Origin: Cyanidioschyzon merolae
Taxonomy: Eukaryota
DNA length: 64,000 nt
Direction: 5' to 3' (one strand)
Assembly: GCA_000091205.1 (NCBI GenBank)
Contig: AP006486.2
Shown here: piece by piece, positions 44,240-54,797 of the stretch
Position numbering within the stretch: position 1 is the stretch's first letter
Layout of the letters: every line of letters begins with the position of its first letter
Position numbers and translations under genes: made by a program
The notes under the pieces: generated by a model
Databases searched by the model: none
Told to the model about the DNA's origin: nothing
The model's input: only the letters and a program-made list of their open reading frames with translations

Positions 44240-45019
44240 ATGGCCTGTCAACGAGTGCCTGGGTCTCGCGGTGCACCCGGGCGATGCGCAGGGCGCGGGC
44301 GCGATCACGTCAGTCGCCTTCTGCCGAGGGACGCGCTTTGCTCCCAAAGAGCAATCATCATCGGAGAACGTGAAGGAATGTTTCTTTCGGGTATAGGTCT
44401 TGACGGGATAGGTGTGCACACACGAGCAACGAATGCCGGCATAAAAAACGTGCGACCAGGGTGCAGGAGACGTGCGGCAGGGGCTTTTCGCTCGGGCAGC
44501 GTCTCGACATCCATGACGTTGACACGGAGGCGCCTCCTGCAACTGGGTCTCGGACAGGCGCTCGTTTGGACACTGAGCGGACTCGCGTGGGACAAAGCCA
44601 GAGCAGCGAATGAGAAAGATGTCCCAGAACTACCGTTTCCAGTGCAGGTCTTAGAAAAAGGTACCGGGCCTCAGCCGCAGACGGGCGACCTCGTGGGGAT
44701 CCGCTTCCGAGCGGCCTATAATGGCCGGGTATTCGACGACATCATGGACTCGTCGGAGCCATTCTACATGCGTGTTGGTTCCGGTAACCTTGTGAAAGGC
44801 GTCGAGGAGGCAGTGAAACGTATGCACGTCGGGGACTTGTGGCGCTTGGAGTTGCCGCCCGCGTACGCCTTTGGGAGCAAGGGCCGCAAGCCGTCCCCCG
44901 GGAAACCCGCGATCCCGCCGAACGCGACGGTCGTATATGAAGTGCGCCTCGATGAAGTACCAGGACGCGAGCAGGAGTTGCTTGAAGTCACTGGCGGCGA
45001 GCTCCGCGAAAACGACTAG
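44240..45019 (+). CDS. FKBP-type peptidyl-prolyl cis-trans isomerase with a twin-arginine (Tat) signal, as in thylakoid-lumen FKBPs. An alternative start is at 44513 (MTLTRRRLLQ..).
   Basis: TRRRLLQLGLGQALVWTLSGLAWDKARA (RR motif, h-region, AxA site) is followed by the FKBP domain GDLVGIRFRAAYNGRVFDDIMDSSEPFYMRVGSGNLVKGVEEAVKRMHVGDLWRLELPPAYAFGSKG..IPPNATVVYEVRLDEV. Confidence 0.7.
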   Translation: MACQRVPGSRGAPGRCAGRGRDHVSRLLPRDALCSQRAIIIGEREGMFLSGIGLDGIGVHTRATNAGIKNVRPGCRRRAAGAFRSGSVSTSMTLTRRRLLQLGLGQALVWTLSGLAWDKARAANEKDVPELPFPVQVLEKGTGPQPQTGDLVGIRFRAAYNGRVFDDIMDSSEPFYMRVGSGNLVKGVEEAVKRMHVGDLWRLELPPAYAFGSKGRKPSPGKPAIPPNATVVYEVRLDEVPGREQELLEVTGGELREND

Positions 45020-46137
45020 GTGTAGGCGTGTTGTCCGCGCACAGTGCTCAGAGAGGCGGCATCGCCACACCGACGAGACCCAGGAGGCAGCGCGGTTTGC
45101 AGCACCAGAGTCGCCGCGAAGCCGCTACACACAGCGGCTCTGGGATCGAGCATGACGGACTAGCGGGGTTGGTCACAGTCGCAGACGTCGAGAAGCACAT
45201 GGACGTACTTGCGGTGGCGTTCTTGCGACGAGCGCCCGACGCATGTCGTTCTCGGGCAGCGTGATGCTCGACGCGGTCTATACTGAAGGACAGCGGGTTC
45301 AATTTGGGCATGTAGTCACGGCGAATGGAAAGGTCGATGTCAGCGAAGGTGCGCACAGGGTGTGCGTCAGGGCAACCTGGGGGCAGCTCGCTGGGCACCC
45401 TGTGCCTCGCGACCGCAAAACCCCGCGCGGACGCACAGGCTACCCAAGCGCAGCGTGCGGGCGGTCGATATAGACAGTGCCACAGCGTACGGCGGCGATG
45501 CAGTCGTCCACGAGCACCGTTGCGGCTTGTTGCCCATCGTGGAAAGCAGTTGTCGCGAGGTGTTCTGCATGCGGGCGCGCTGATCGATAGGTGCGCCTCG
45601 CGGCCAATGTGCAGCGGTGATGCCTCTTACGCAAGTGAAGCGATGTGTATTCCATACCTTGGCGTCATCTGTCGATAAACCAAGCGGGTCACGGTCAAGG
45701 ATACATAGCATTTATCGATGAAGCGGGCGTACTTGGCACCACCGAGAGTTCACGTATTTCCCGTCGACATGCTGACTGGAGCGGGGCCCATTCGTTACGA
45801 GACGCAAATCACAGAGAACCGAGCCGCGCTCGGCGCAGTCACGCTGTCTGCAGTGCGATACGCTCTTTAGGTTGCAGCACGTTCGACGACGCATTACAAT
45901 GGCATCCGCGTACCGCCCTGGTATCGCGCGTATGCAACGCAGAACACTGGTTGCATTCCAGGGGCCAGGGTTGTCGGCTGATTCTAGGGTTTTGGCGGCA
46001 GCGACGGCGGCCGAGTCAGAAGCAGTCTTCTATTCGCGCTTGTCGTTGGTATGGGCATTGCCGGGAACACCGCGTGGCGGGTCGCTGTGGATTTCGCGCA
46101 GCCTACGCCAGCTCGGTGCGTGCACTCCACCGGATAC

Positions 46138-49100
46138 TCAGGTCTGCTGTGCATCGCAACGCAGCTGACGCACCAGTTCTTCGAGCTGGCGCGTTGCTCT
46201 CGTAAAGTGCGCTCCTTTCCAGTACAGTTGGTGACATCGCGCACATTCGTAAAAGATATGAAAAGAATTCACAGTTCGCTGTGGCAACAACGTCTGCACT
46301 TCTTCGCGAGAGCGCTGCTCGAAGCGAGCACAGTTGCACTGTATACATCGAGCGAGAAAATTCTCCGGGGCTGGCGATAAGCGAAATTTTCCCAGCACCT
46401 CACGAGCCTGAGATTCCGTCTTTGTCGATGAGACGTAATAACATGGCACGCCGTACCGAGTTGCTCGTGCGAGCACGTCTGCATCGCGGGTGAGGATCAC
46501 CCTCGGCTTGCTTGCCGAAGGAGATCGAACGTCTTCCTCCCGGGTCCAGACAAGTTCGAAGAGAAGCGCTAGATCTTTTCCGCACGTATGCAGCACATCC
46601 AGGCCCAGGGCACGCAGGCGTCTGACCAGGCCACCCATGGTACTATCCACAACAAAATACCCCCGGCAACGATCATCAAAGTATGTTTCCGTCCAGGTCG
46701 CCGATGCGCGTAGTCGTCTCTTGTCGGTGAGCAGCGCGGCCGTGTCCGACACCACCGCACGCACATTCGACTCTGGATGTGACGTTGTCGCTGTCGTCGT
46801 TAACCAGACCGCCTGACGATGCCATTGCAGATCCGAGGCCCGCAGCGCGACCACGCTCTCCGGCGAGCCGCCAGACAAGAACATGAGATCATCGGCAGCA
46901 TCCTTGCCACCGTCAGCGACCTCGCCACGACGCAGTGCAGCGTCCATGAATGTAAGCACCGGTGTCCAGCTGCCGTGTCCACCATCCACCCGCTCGCAAC
47001 GAAGCCCAATGGCCGAAACCGCACCTGACGCGAAACCAAAAATAGTTTCCAACTCAAAAGGCGTTGCAAAACGCAGCGCCCCGCTGCCAAGACCCAAACG
47101 TTCGGCAATCTCGCGCAGTGGTGCTCGACGCTGCCCCTGCATGACGACGAGAATCGGGCGCTGTTCGGCACCGCCAGCGATGAGCGCGATGCACTTGCCC
47201 ATGCGATCCGCAGCAGCGCGCTGCAGCGACGCCGGCGCCCGCTCCAAAGCGGCCAATCGATCAACGAGACAAAATGGACCTGCCAGCAGCGTCTCGCCCA
47301 CACGATACACAGGGCGACGTCGCCATCGCTCGGGCGCCCGCTGCAGCGCATCGCATACGCGTTGCAGCGCATCGTAATGCAGTGCGTGTGAGGTATCTTC
47401 CCCGGACACGTGTCCAAGCGTGGATGATGCATCGGCAGCGGCAACCGTGATACGCTCGATGCGTGCGAGCGCTGCCTGCGCCGTCCGCCATCCAGTGCGT
47501 ATCAGCGACGCGGATGCGCACGGAACGTGCCGCCGTAACGCCAGCAGCACCCACGCGTCGAGGGCGGCGTACTCGATCTGCGCTCGTGTGAGCGGGCGGG
47601 CTTCCCAGTCACTGCAACGGGGTCGCTTATCGAACGCGCGTCCGAGGAAGACGGCAACGAGCTGCGCGAGGCCCACTGTGAGACGTCCGCGACGTCGCAC
47701 GCTGGTGCGTCCAACCAGAGTCGCCAGGTCAGCGCAAAACGCATCCGTGCCCTCTGAACCGATCCGGTCTAGGTCTCGCAATGCGACGATTGCGTCAAAG
47801 CAGGAGAGACCAAGGTATGAGTGTCGGAGGCGCACAAAGTCGGAGCTGAAGCAGAAACCGACTTTGAGAATCGCTGGTGAGCGAAAAAGGCGGCGTAAGG
47901 CTTCATTCAGCCGCATTGCGAACAACGCATCCGCATCGATCCGTAGTAGGTCTACCAGAAACACATCCGCGGGGAACGCTATCTGGAGAAGTGCACATCG
48001 CGGTTGAAGGCCGCTCGTTCGCACCGGCCTCCATTCCACGTCAAGACCGACGCAGTGAGGGTCGAGCCACGGTGTATCCGCAGTGCACGAGTCCGAATGC
48101 TGATGCAAAATGCTCTCGACAAACTGCATCAATGTGTGGACGGCAACGGGTGTATCAACCATGTGGATGCGAACATGCGGCGGCAGCCGAAGCACGCTCA
48201 ATGGAGGCGAATCCATTGCTGCTGCTGTCGTCGGGCTTGAATCGGTTACCTGGCTCGCGGGTTCGCCTGTACGCTGGGCTGTGAGCGCGGGCGTTGGTAT
48301 CGCATCCAAGTCCATAAGTGCGATCCCATGGAGGGGTCTCAGATCGGCAACGCGTCCAGCAGACGACACACATGGCGGATCCGCAACAACTCGACCGCGG
48401 AGAAAGTGCAGTGTATCCACGCCTTGCAAGCCATTCCAAGATTCGGCGCATTCGCGAGCGAGCGACCATTGCTGCTGGGCAACCAGCTCCTGGAACAAAC
48501 GGGATCGCTCCTCTCCCCAGACGACACCGTCGAGTACGCCTAGTCGGCCGAGCATTTGCAGCAAATCGACTGCAGCACGCCAGCACCTGCGTGACACGCA
48601 CGCCCGCATGAGCACTACTGCCTGTTCGGCTGCTGCTGGGTGCAATGTGTGGAGCTGCCACTGGCGGATCATATTTACCAAGATTCGAGGGTCTGCGAAG
48701 CGTTTTGCATTTGCAGCATCATCCTCCGGAGCGAGCAGTAGTCGCCAGTGTAGCACTTCACTCGCCAGCGACTGATGCAGCTGACGAATGTTTGCAGGGG
48801 CAACGTCCTGTGCAACGTCCGTATCGAGCTGCGGATGATCGTCGAAAGCCCACCGATGCGCACTTGAAGGGCACATGCTGTCTCGACACAAGACAGCATC
48901 GACCGCAGTTAGAATCCCTCGCAACGTATTGTCCGTCCAGACAAACTGATCTCGAGAGGCACTCATTGAAGACGAAAACGCTGGTCGGGTCGAGGACGGC
49001 GTCACGGGAGCGTCTCTCACGAGTGACTGCATCATCCAGGCCGCTATGAACAGAACGCGGTCGCGACCGGATTCCACTGAGCCGGCCATGAACTGAGCCA

Positions 49101-49914
49101 ACACCTCAGACACTGCATGTACAATCGTCGTTCTCGCTTCAGGATGTTCGCGGAGCAACTGTTGAAGTTTTTTGCCTAGACGAAAGGCCTGCCGCCCAGA
49201 TTCGTCCATGCCAAGATCATCGTGCCTGTGCCGCGTCGGGCGCAACCAACCGAGCTCGCCAAGCCATCGCTCCAATGACCCATCATCACGTTCATGAGGC
49301 GCATGCTTCGTAGCGACAGGCCTTGTAACACGCTTCGAACCGGGCGCCGTCTCTTGAAGTGGGAAGCACTTGCGACACCGCGTCCGATAGTGCTGACGAC
49401 AACGTACGAGCTTTTGTGGCGTCGCTTGCGCACGCAAGAAAACGCTTTCGCCACCAGCAACGTCATCGTCCGACTTTCCGGCACCTTGCATGGCCAAGGC
49501 GCACGACGGTGCCTGCTCACGCTCGTGTAGATGCACGAGCTGCTCCTCTCCAGCCACTGCAGCTACCTGTGCGCACGACAAATCCAGGTGTCGCTCAGAG
49601 CCTGCTGCTTGTGACGACGATGACGCGAACTGGGTACGTGCCACCCGCTCAGAGGCCGTCGTGTCGCGCAGGCAGCACCGCGGGCCCACTGGTTCAACCG
49701 CTGGGGCGCACTTCGTTGCTGGCGCTTGCCAAGCTTTGCTTCGCTTCACCCTCAGCCGTAAACGCAAGCGCGTCACGTTCACTGCGAAGGCCGAGGAAAG
49801 CTTTTGACGCATGAAACGTGTTCGTTTTCGCGCAAAGCACCTTCGCCCAGCTGCTAGCGGATACCTCTGGCTCCGCTGCAGTTGCCCGCAGGCAACGCCT
49901 GACGCTGCAGTCAA
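46138..49914 (-). CDS. Mut-7/EXD3-like protein: DEDDy 3'-5' exonuclease domain plus C-terminal Mut7-C (PIN-like) domain; 1258 aa, single exon
   Basis: The central region GLDVEWRPV..CALLQIAFPADVFLVD...SDWEARPLTRAQIEYAALDAWVLL is RNase D/WRN-exo/Mut-7-like. The C-terminus YFVVDSTMGGLVRRLRALGLDVLHT...VILTRDADVLARATRYGVPCYYV...ARCIQCNCARFE...FYECARCHQLYWKG matches the Mut7-C domain. The N-terminal roughly 600 aa are uncharacterised. Confidence 0.7.
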   Translation of the reverse strand: MTAASGVACGQLQRSQRYPLAAGRRCFARKRTRFMRQKLSSAFAVNVTRLRLRLRVKRSKAWQAPATKCAPAVEPVGPRCCLRDTTASERVARTQFASSSSQAAGSERHLDLSCAQVAAVAGEEQLVHLHEREQAPSCALAMQGAGKSDDDVAGGESVFLRAQATPQKLVRCRQHYRTRCRKCFPLQETAPGSKRVTRPVATKHAPHERDDGSLERWLGELGWLRPTRHRHDDLGMDESGRQAFRLGKKLQQLLREHPEARTTIVHAVSEVLAQFMAGSVESGRDRVLFIAAWMMQSLVRDAPVTPSSTRPAFSSSMSASRDQFVWTDNTLRGILTAVDAVLCRDSMCPSSAHRWAFDDHPQLDTDVAQDVAPANIRQLHQSLASEVLHWRLLLAPEDDAANAKRFADPRILVNMIRQWQLHTLHPAAAEQAVVLMRACVSRRCWRAAVDLLQMLGRLGVLDGVVWGEERSRLFQELVAQQQWSLARECAESWNGLQGVDTLHFLRGRVVADPPCVSSAGRVADLRPLHGIALMDLDAIPTPALTAQRTGEPASQVTDSSPTTAAAMDSPPLSVLRLPPHVRIHMVDTPVAVHTLMQFVESILHQHSDSCTADTPWLDPHCVGLDVEWRPVRTSGLQPRCALLQIAFPADVFLVDLLRIDADALFAMRLNEALRRLFRSPAILKVGFCFSSDFVRLRHSYLGLSCFDAIVALRDLDRIGSEGTDAFCADLATLVGRTSVRRRGRLTVGLAQLVAVFLGRAFDKRPRCSDWEARPLTRAQIEYAALDAWVLLALRRHVPCASASLIRTGWRTAQAALARIERITVAAADASSTLGHVSGEDTSHALHYDALQRVCDALQRAPERWRRRPVYRVGETLLAGPFCLVDRLAALERAPASLQRAAADRMGKCIALIAGGAEQRPILVVMQGQRRAPLREIAERLGLGSGALRFATPFELETIFGFASGAVSAIGLRCERVDGGHGSWTPVLTFMDAALRRGEVADGGKDAADDLMFLSGGSPESVVALRASDLQWHRQAVWLTTTATTSHPESNVRAVVSDTAALLTDKRRLRASATWTETYFDDRCRGYFVVDSTMGGLVRRLRALGLDVLHTCGKDLALLFELVWTREEDVRSPSASKPRVILTRDADVLARATRYGVPCYYVSSTKTESQAREVLGKFRLSPAPENFLARCIQCNCARFEQRSREEVQTLLPQRTVNSFHIFYECARCHQLYWKGAHFTRATRQLEELVRQLRCDAQQT

Positions 49915-50329
49915 CGTCGAATAACGAGCAAGGAATGCGCTGCGGCTGGAGCGAAGCGCCGGTGGGCGTCCACCGGCGCAGCTCAGGGGGAACGATCGTT
50001 GAGGCAGGCGCTTTCGTGGCGTACGCTTTATGGGCCTTTACCTCGAGTGTATTTTATCCTCAGGTGTGGGTAACCAATTGCTTATCCATGGTGCATAGCG
50101 GATGCGTTAGAAGTGCGTTCATTGGAAGGAAGAAAGGCTGTCATCGCCGGATGCGATAAAAAATACCAAAAAAATGTCTCTTGTCGCCGACTGCCGAGCG
50201 ACGGCGATAAAGAAAAACAAGAGGGCATCTAGGCGAGGAAAGGCGTTCGCCCGGCCTGGCGATGGCCAGACTCTAGGGGTACAGGGGGGTGAGGGTGAGG
50301 GGGGTGTTCGACTCTGAGCAATCCCTGAA

Positions 50330-50625
50330 TTGGTGCGTTCAACCAGCGGCACTGCATATAAGGAGTTCATCAACGAAGACTTTTCACACCACGATCGATA
50401 CCAAGCGACGGGTGTGGTGCTGGAGACGAGAAACCCGAGGAGCTGACGCGATCCAGCCCAGTCGGACAGCCGCTCACGGTCGACTTGTACAACGACAAGT
50501 TGGAATCAGTACCAAGGGGCCGGTCAAAAAAAGTCGCGAAGCACCTGCACGTCGGTCTCTCTACATACACGCTACGGTCGGAATGCACTTTGGTGCTGCA
50601 TCGGTGGCGGCATTCGTACCGCATA
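50330..50625 (+). mobile_element. Solo 3'-terminal fragment of a Fanzor-like element (degenerate RuvC-III coding remnant plus 3' end)
   Basis: ttcatcaacgaagacttttcacaccacgatcgataccaag..gtgctggagacgagaaacccgaggagctgac..cacctgcacgtc..catcggtggcggcattcg is collinear with the copy-2 sequence ttgtgaaccgagactttaatgccgccatcaatataagg..gtgctggagacgagacctccagagccgac..gcctgcacatc..caccggtggcgacgttcg. The motif is degraded to FINEDFSHHDRYQ. Confidence 0.45.
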
Positions 50626-50707
50626 GCGTAGCACATACCGCTGCCTAGTCAGGCACGATGCATCACGCGAGGTCGTCCGCTGCTACGCGAAACGCGCTTC
50701 CAGCGTC

Positions 50708-52774
50708 GTGTCAGACGACACCCATGTCACCATAAAACGGAACGGGTGCTCTAACTCGAGCGTACACTTTAAAGTCTGGGTCTTCTCTGGGGCTGCTTCT
50801 TTTCCGTGCGCTTATTTCCGGCTTTACCGAACAAGTACGACTTCGCCTCTGCTTCCAGCTTCCGGTGCTCCTCTGACGACTGTACTCCTCTGCGCCTCGA
50901 CTGTCGCATACCGGCTACGTTGCATCGATATGAAAATTGTCACTATACCTCGACCGTTGCATACCCCGTGGGCTCTACTTTCGCATCGCGCAAACGCTTG
51001 CGTCGGTGCTATCCCTGAACTCGGCCTGCGCGAAAGCGGCGTACGAGCGTGGTGGTCAGGGTATGAGCGCCCCGCGATTCCTCATCGTTATCTGCAGCAT
51101 CAGGCCTTTTGTGGGTATGTATGTATGTTCGTCGCCAGCGAAAGCTTCGTGAAAACTGGAACCTCGAGGAGTTCAAGCGCCTGCTCCAGAGGTTTCCAGC
51201 GCACAACGAGCAGGGCTCGTCGTTGTTTCGTGTTCTCTCTGGCTCGTGGCGCAGACAACGCTACGCCCGGGTACGCAAGCAGAACACCGCGGCTTCTAGA
51301 CTGCCAGCTCAGTCGACGCACGCTGCTGCAGCTTCTCGGCTGCGGGTTACTGGCGGTGAGCGCGTCCCCTGCAGCAAGCGCTCCGTACGAGAAATCAAAA
51401 GTCCAGGCACAAGCGGTGCTTGGAGAACCCCAAGGGAAGCAGAGTTGGGCAACGCGCCTCGCACCCTACTCGTCTGACACAATCTATCGGCTGGCAACGA
51501 GCGGTGAACACGCTTCAGTGCTTGCGGTTGATGAAGAAGCTTGTTTGGATGCGCTTGCGAGAAGCGCGGACCTGGTGCTCGTTGGAGACCATCCGCGCTC
51601 CCAAACGGACCACGCGATGGAAGCCCGAATCGTCGCTGCGTTGGCACTTCGCGTCGCACCCAACCAAGACTACAGCCAAGAGAGGAGCTCGCTCGCTGTC
51701 GCATCGGACGCTTTCGAACAAGCGCACCAGAGTCACTTGGACGATTTCATCCAAGGCCGTATTCAAGAGGAGGAGCTTTACGAGCGAACGAAATGGGATG
51801 AACGATGTATGTGGCCCTACGAGCGCTATCTGAACCTTCTTCGAACGTGTCGATCTCTGGGTGTCAACCTCGTGGCGCTCAGTATGCAGAATACGCATCG
51901 TAAGGCGCTTGAAAAGCAGGGACTGCGATACCTCCAGGAGAATCATGCCGTGCGACGTTTGTACTTCCCTGAACGCGAAGGCATCTGCGATGAGCTAGTG
52001 CAGTACGCATCATCGCCGGCATACAGACTCTTCGCTTCTCAAGTACTGGAGCCGTTCTTCATGACCATGCGTCGGTACGGATCCACGGATCCCGATGTTT
52101 CGTTCGCGAGCTTCTCCGAGGCCGCGCTTGTGCAGGACGCCGCGATGGCGGCAGTGCTACGTCGCTGGATGACCAAGCGTAAGCGCCATCCGAGAGCGAC
52201 AGCGTCCCGTTGCCGTCTGCTGGCCTGCTGTGAGTTGCCGCATGTCGCTTTCGGCCAGGGTATTCGCGGCATGCTGGAATGGTGGCAAAAACTCGACAAT
52301 GAGAAGCAACGCGCACAGCATGGCACAGCAGGCGCAACTGTGGATGCTGCGCGCCCCGCGACACTGCTTGGCGCTGATCCAACCGATTCCGTCATTCCAG
52401 AGGAAGGACCGACAGAGCCCATGTTATCCATTCAGACGCTTGTGCTGAATCCAACAGTGGTTGATGTCGGAAGCAGAACCGTGCCGGGTACGGAACGTCG
52501 TGATCTATTCTCTGGAAGGCGCATACGTCGCTTGCGTTTAGAGCTGCCCAGAAACATGATGGAGGAGAGTCCACTGCTGGTATCCCCAAAACGTGCGTTC
52601 AACGGAATCCTCGATGCTGAACCGAAGGAGCTCCACGCAAGCGCAGCGCAAACTAGCGCACCAAATGGAGATGCAAGTATAGGCTCGTCGGAAAGCCCCG
52701 TTTCCACTGCACCACTGGTAATCGGGGATTATCTCTGGATCAGTGCTTCGAAGAAAGGACGCATTCAGGTGTGA
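50708..52774 (+). CDS. Hypothetical protein; the N-terminal roughly 200 codons are of doubtful coding status
   Basis: 688-codon ORF. The middle section (..LVGDHPRSQTDHAMEARIVAALAL...WPYERYLNLLRTCRSLGVNLVALSM..) is non-repetitive with protein-like composition. There is a vague, unverified resemblance to ChaN/Tiki-superfamily (DUF399) proteins. Confidence 0.35.
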   Translation: MSDDTHVTIKRNGCSNSSVHFKVWVFSGAASFPCAYFRLYRTSTTSPLLPASGAPLTTVLLCASTVAYRLRCIDMKIVTIPRPLHTPWALLSHRANACVGAIPELGLRESGVRAWWSGYERPAIPHRYLQHQAFCGYVCMFVASESFVKTGTSRSSSACSRGFQRTTSRARRCFVFSLARGADNATPGYASRTPRLLDCQLSRRTLLQLLGCGLLAVSASPAASAPYEKSKVQAQAVLGEPQGKQSWATRLAPYSSDTIYRLATSGEHASVLAVDEEACLDALARSADLVLVGDHPRSQTDHAMEARIVAALALRVAPNQDYSQERSSLAVASDAFEQAHQSHLDDFIQGRIQEEELYERTKWDERCMWPYERYLNLLRTCRSLGVNLVALSMQNTHRKALEKQGLRYLQENHAVRRLYFPEREGICDELVQYASSPAYRLFASQVLEPFFMTMRRYGSTDPDVSFASFSEAALVQDAAMAAVLRRWMTKRKRHPRATASRCRLLACCELPHVAFGQGIRGMLEWWQKLDNEKQRAQHGTAGATVDAARPATLLGADPTDSVIPEEGPTEPMLSIQTLVLNPTVVDVGSRTVPGTERRDLFSGRRIRRLRLELPRNMMEESPLLVSPKRAFNGILDAEPKELHASAAQTSAPNGDASIGSSESPVSTAPLVIGDYLWISASKKGRIQV

Positions 52775-53305
52775 TCTGCGCCCGCCTCGAGTGCGGATAC
52801 AGGTCGGTGCATGCTCCAGCCGGTGGCGATTTCTGACGTTTCTGCTTGGGCTTCTCACGGAGAATGCGAACGCTTCGTCATGGAACCCAGGAGCCGACAA
52901 TGCGACCTCGAGAACCGTATGCATGCGACATCTCCAGAACGTACTTCCTCTGCAGTCTAAAGTTGTCGTCGCTTGGAACATGGTGCTGCTTGGACGCAAC
53001 TGGGATTTGCCGGCACATTTGCAAACAGTTTCCGACACGACTGCACAGCGTGTGCATTCTTCGCGGGTACGAACGCGTCCCATCCCATCAGTAACCAGGG
53101 TAGGGGCTTGTTAGCCGCGCTTCGTGCGCCGCTTCTGCAACGCAAAAGCAGTTTCTTGAGCCGCCTGGAGAATCGCCGCGAGTTGTCTCGCGTCTGGGGC
53201 AGGTTCGCATTCACGCCCTGCGCCTCGAGCCATACATACAGGCGCGGTCGTTCCGATGTAGCCTCGCCAGCCAGCTATGTGCTCGGTTGTCTCCAGAATG
53301 GAGCC

Positions 53306-54383
53306 CTATGAGCGGCCAGCATCCGTCACTCGATGAGACGCCGACGCCGCTAACGGGCGAGTAAAGTACGTGAGCAGAGCCCGCAGGCCCTGCCGCTCCA
53401 CCACCGCTGGAACGTGGGCAAAGGCTGGGTTTCCCCTCCAGTTGAGGTTTCCCAGATGGAGATACGCTGTCTGGAACGCTTCTGGCAACGGCAGCTGCAG
53501 ATCGTTCTCGTAAACCTGCAATGAGCGCAAGTCGCTGCACATCGCAAGTTCGGAAGGAAGCGTTCTTAACTGGTTACGACCCAAGTTCAGCGTAAGCAGT
53601 GCTGTGCAACACCCGGTAGCGGGCGGCATTGTTTTCAAGGCGTTTCCGTGCACATCAAGATGCATCAACGAGGCACCGCTTCCGTTCTCCGGGTCGAATA
53701 GTGAGGGCGGCAGCAATTTAAGTTGATTGCCACCCAAATATAGAGTCTCGAGCTTTTTCAGCGATAAGAACACATCGTCTGGGAGCTGCTCCAGGACACC
53801 ACCGTAGCTGAGGTCAAGTTCGACGAGCTCCACCGGAAGCGCCCCCCGTGGGCACTGCGACCAGTGGCGCGCACCCTAACCATAGTCGCTCCAGGTGCGG
53901 TAGGCTCCGTCTGAGAACATCAGGGATTTTGCGCACATTGGTCATGAATAGGTTCAGGAAGCGTACTCGGTGAGCAACGCCGAGCTGCACGAGCTCCTGC
54001 AGGACGCCGGTGAGCTCCAGCTCCGTCAGCGGGCTCTGTGACAAGTCCAGCGCACCATCAAACGAAGACTCCGAGCAGCGAGCAACTCGTTCGCTGATCC
54101 AACGAGACGATGAAGCAGTTGCATTGGGAGTGCGGTCACAGACCTCTAGCATGGCTTGCAGGATGCATACTCTGCCTTCGCGGCAGCATCTGAAACAGAA
54201 GCGCAAACCGAGAATCGGCGTGCAGACGACACCAGGCGACGACCTCCTGGCGTCCATGATGAAAATAAAAAGCCATTTAGGCCAAGGTTCCACCTGATCC
54301 CCGCGTGGCACTGGTGTCGGACACTTTGGTGGACAGCGCTCGACATCCGGTGTCGCACTGTGGCAACCTGGGTGGATCTGCAC
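53306..54383 (-). CDS. Leucine-rich-repeat protein; two ORF segments (53306-53833 and 53814-54383) need an intron or frameshift to join
   Basis: LxxLxLxxN repeats: LVELDLSYGGVLEQLPDDVF, LKKLETLYLGGNQLKLLPPSLF, LMHLDVHGNALKTMP, LLTLNLGRNQLRTLPSEL, LRSLQVYENDLQ; the upstream segment ..LDLSQSPLTELELTGVLQEL..LFMTNVRKIPD..LERLWLGCAPL. Confidence 0.5.
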
Positions 54384-54465
54384 CTAGAGTGGACAAGGAG
54401 CTGCAATAGCGACGTAAGCAAACGGGTACGTAGTCGCCAACGTTCCTAAGAATCGACTCCATTCG

Positions 54466-54492
54466 AGCAGCAGCAGCAGCAGCAGCAACGGC
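54466..54492. repeat. (CAG)n microsatellite
   Basis: cagcagcagcagcagcagcaacggcag. Confidence 0.85.
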
Positions 54493-54797
54493 AGTACCGC
54501 GTCGTCTAAGTTGAGCGGATGTCACCGATACTCCTCGTCTATGGTTGCATGCATGCGGAGCGACGCGGTGCTCTAGACAAGCAAACGTGAAACCCTTTCC
54601 TGGGAGCGTTCATCGATGTCGCGGGGGCGTATATCGCTGCAACGCTCAGCGCTCGTGCTCGTCGCGTGCATCCGTTGGGACGGTTCTTGTCTCGCTTTGA
54701 AGTTACGAAGATCATGCCTCGAACAGGGCAAATTCGCTGTAGAGACCAGGCTGTTGCGAGTTTCCAGCGGAACACACACAAAGCAAACCACGATGCG

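Noticed and set aside
46490-49814. Numerous plus-strand ORFs (46883-47377, 47420-48007, 48110-48775, 49359-49814 and others) inside the Mut-7-like locus
   Set aside because: All are antisense to a 1258-codon ORF with recognisable exonuclease and Mut7-C domains; their composition is R/S/A-rich.
50281-50305. G-tract ggggggtgagggtgaggggggtg as a regulatory G-quadruplex
   Set aside because: Possible in principle, but an isolated G-run in a GC-rich genome cannot be assigned a function from sequence alone; noted only as context next to the Fanzor 3' fragment.
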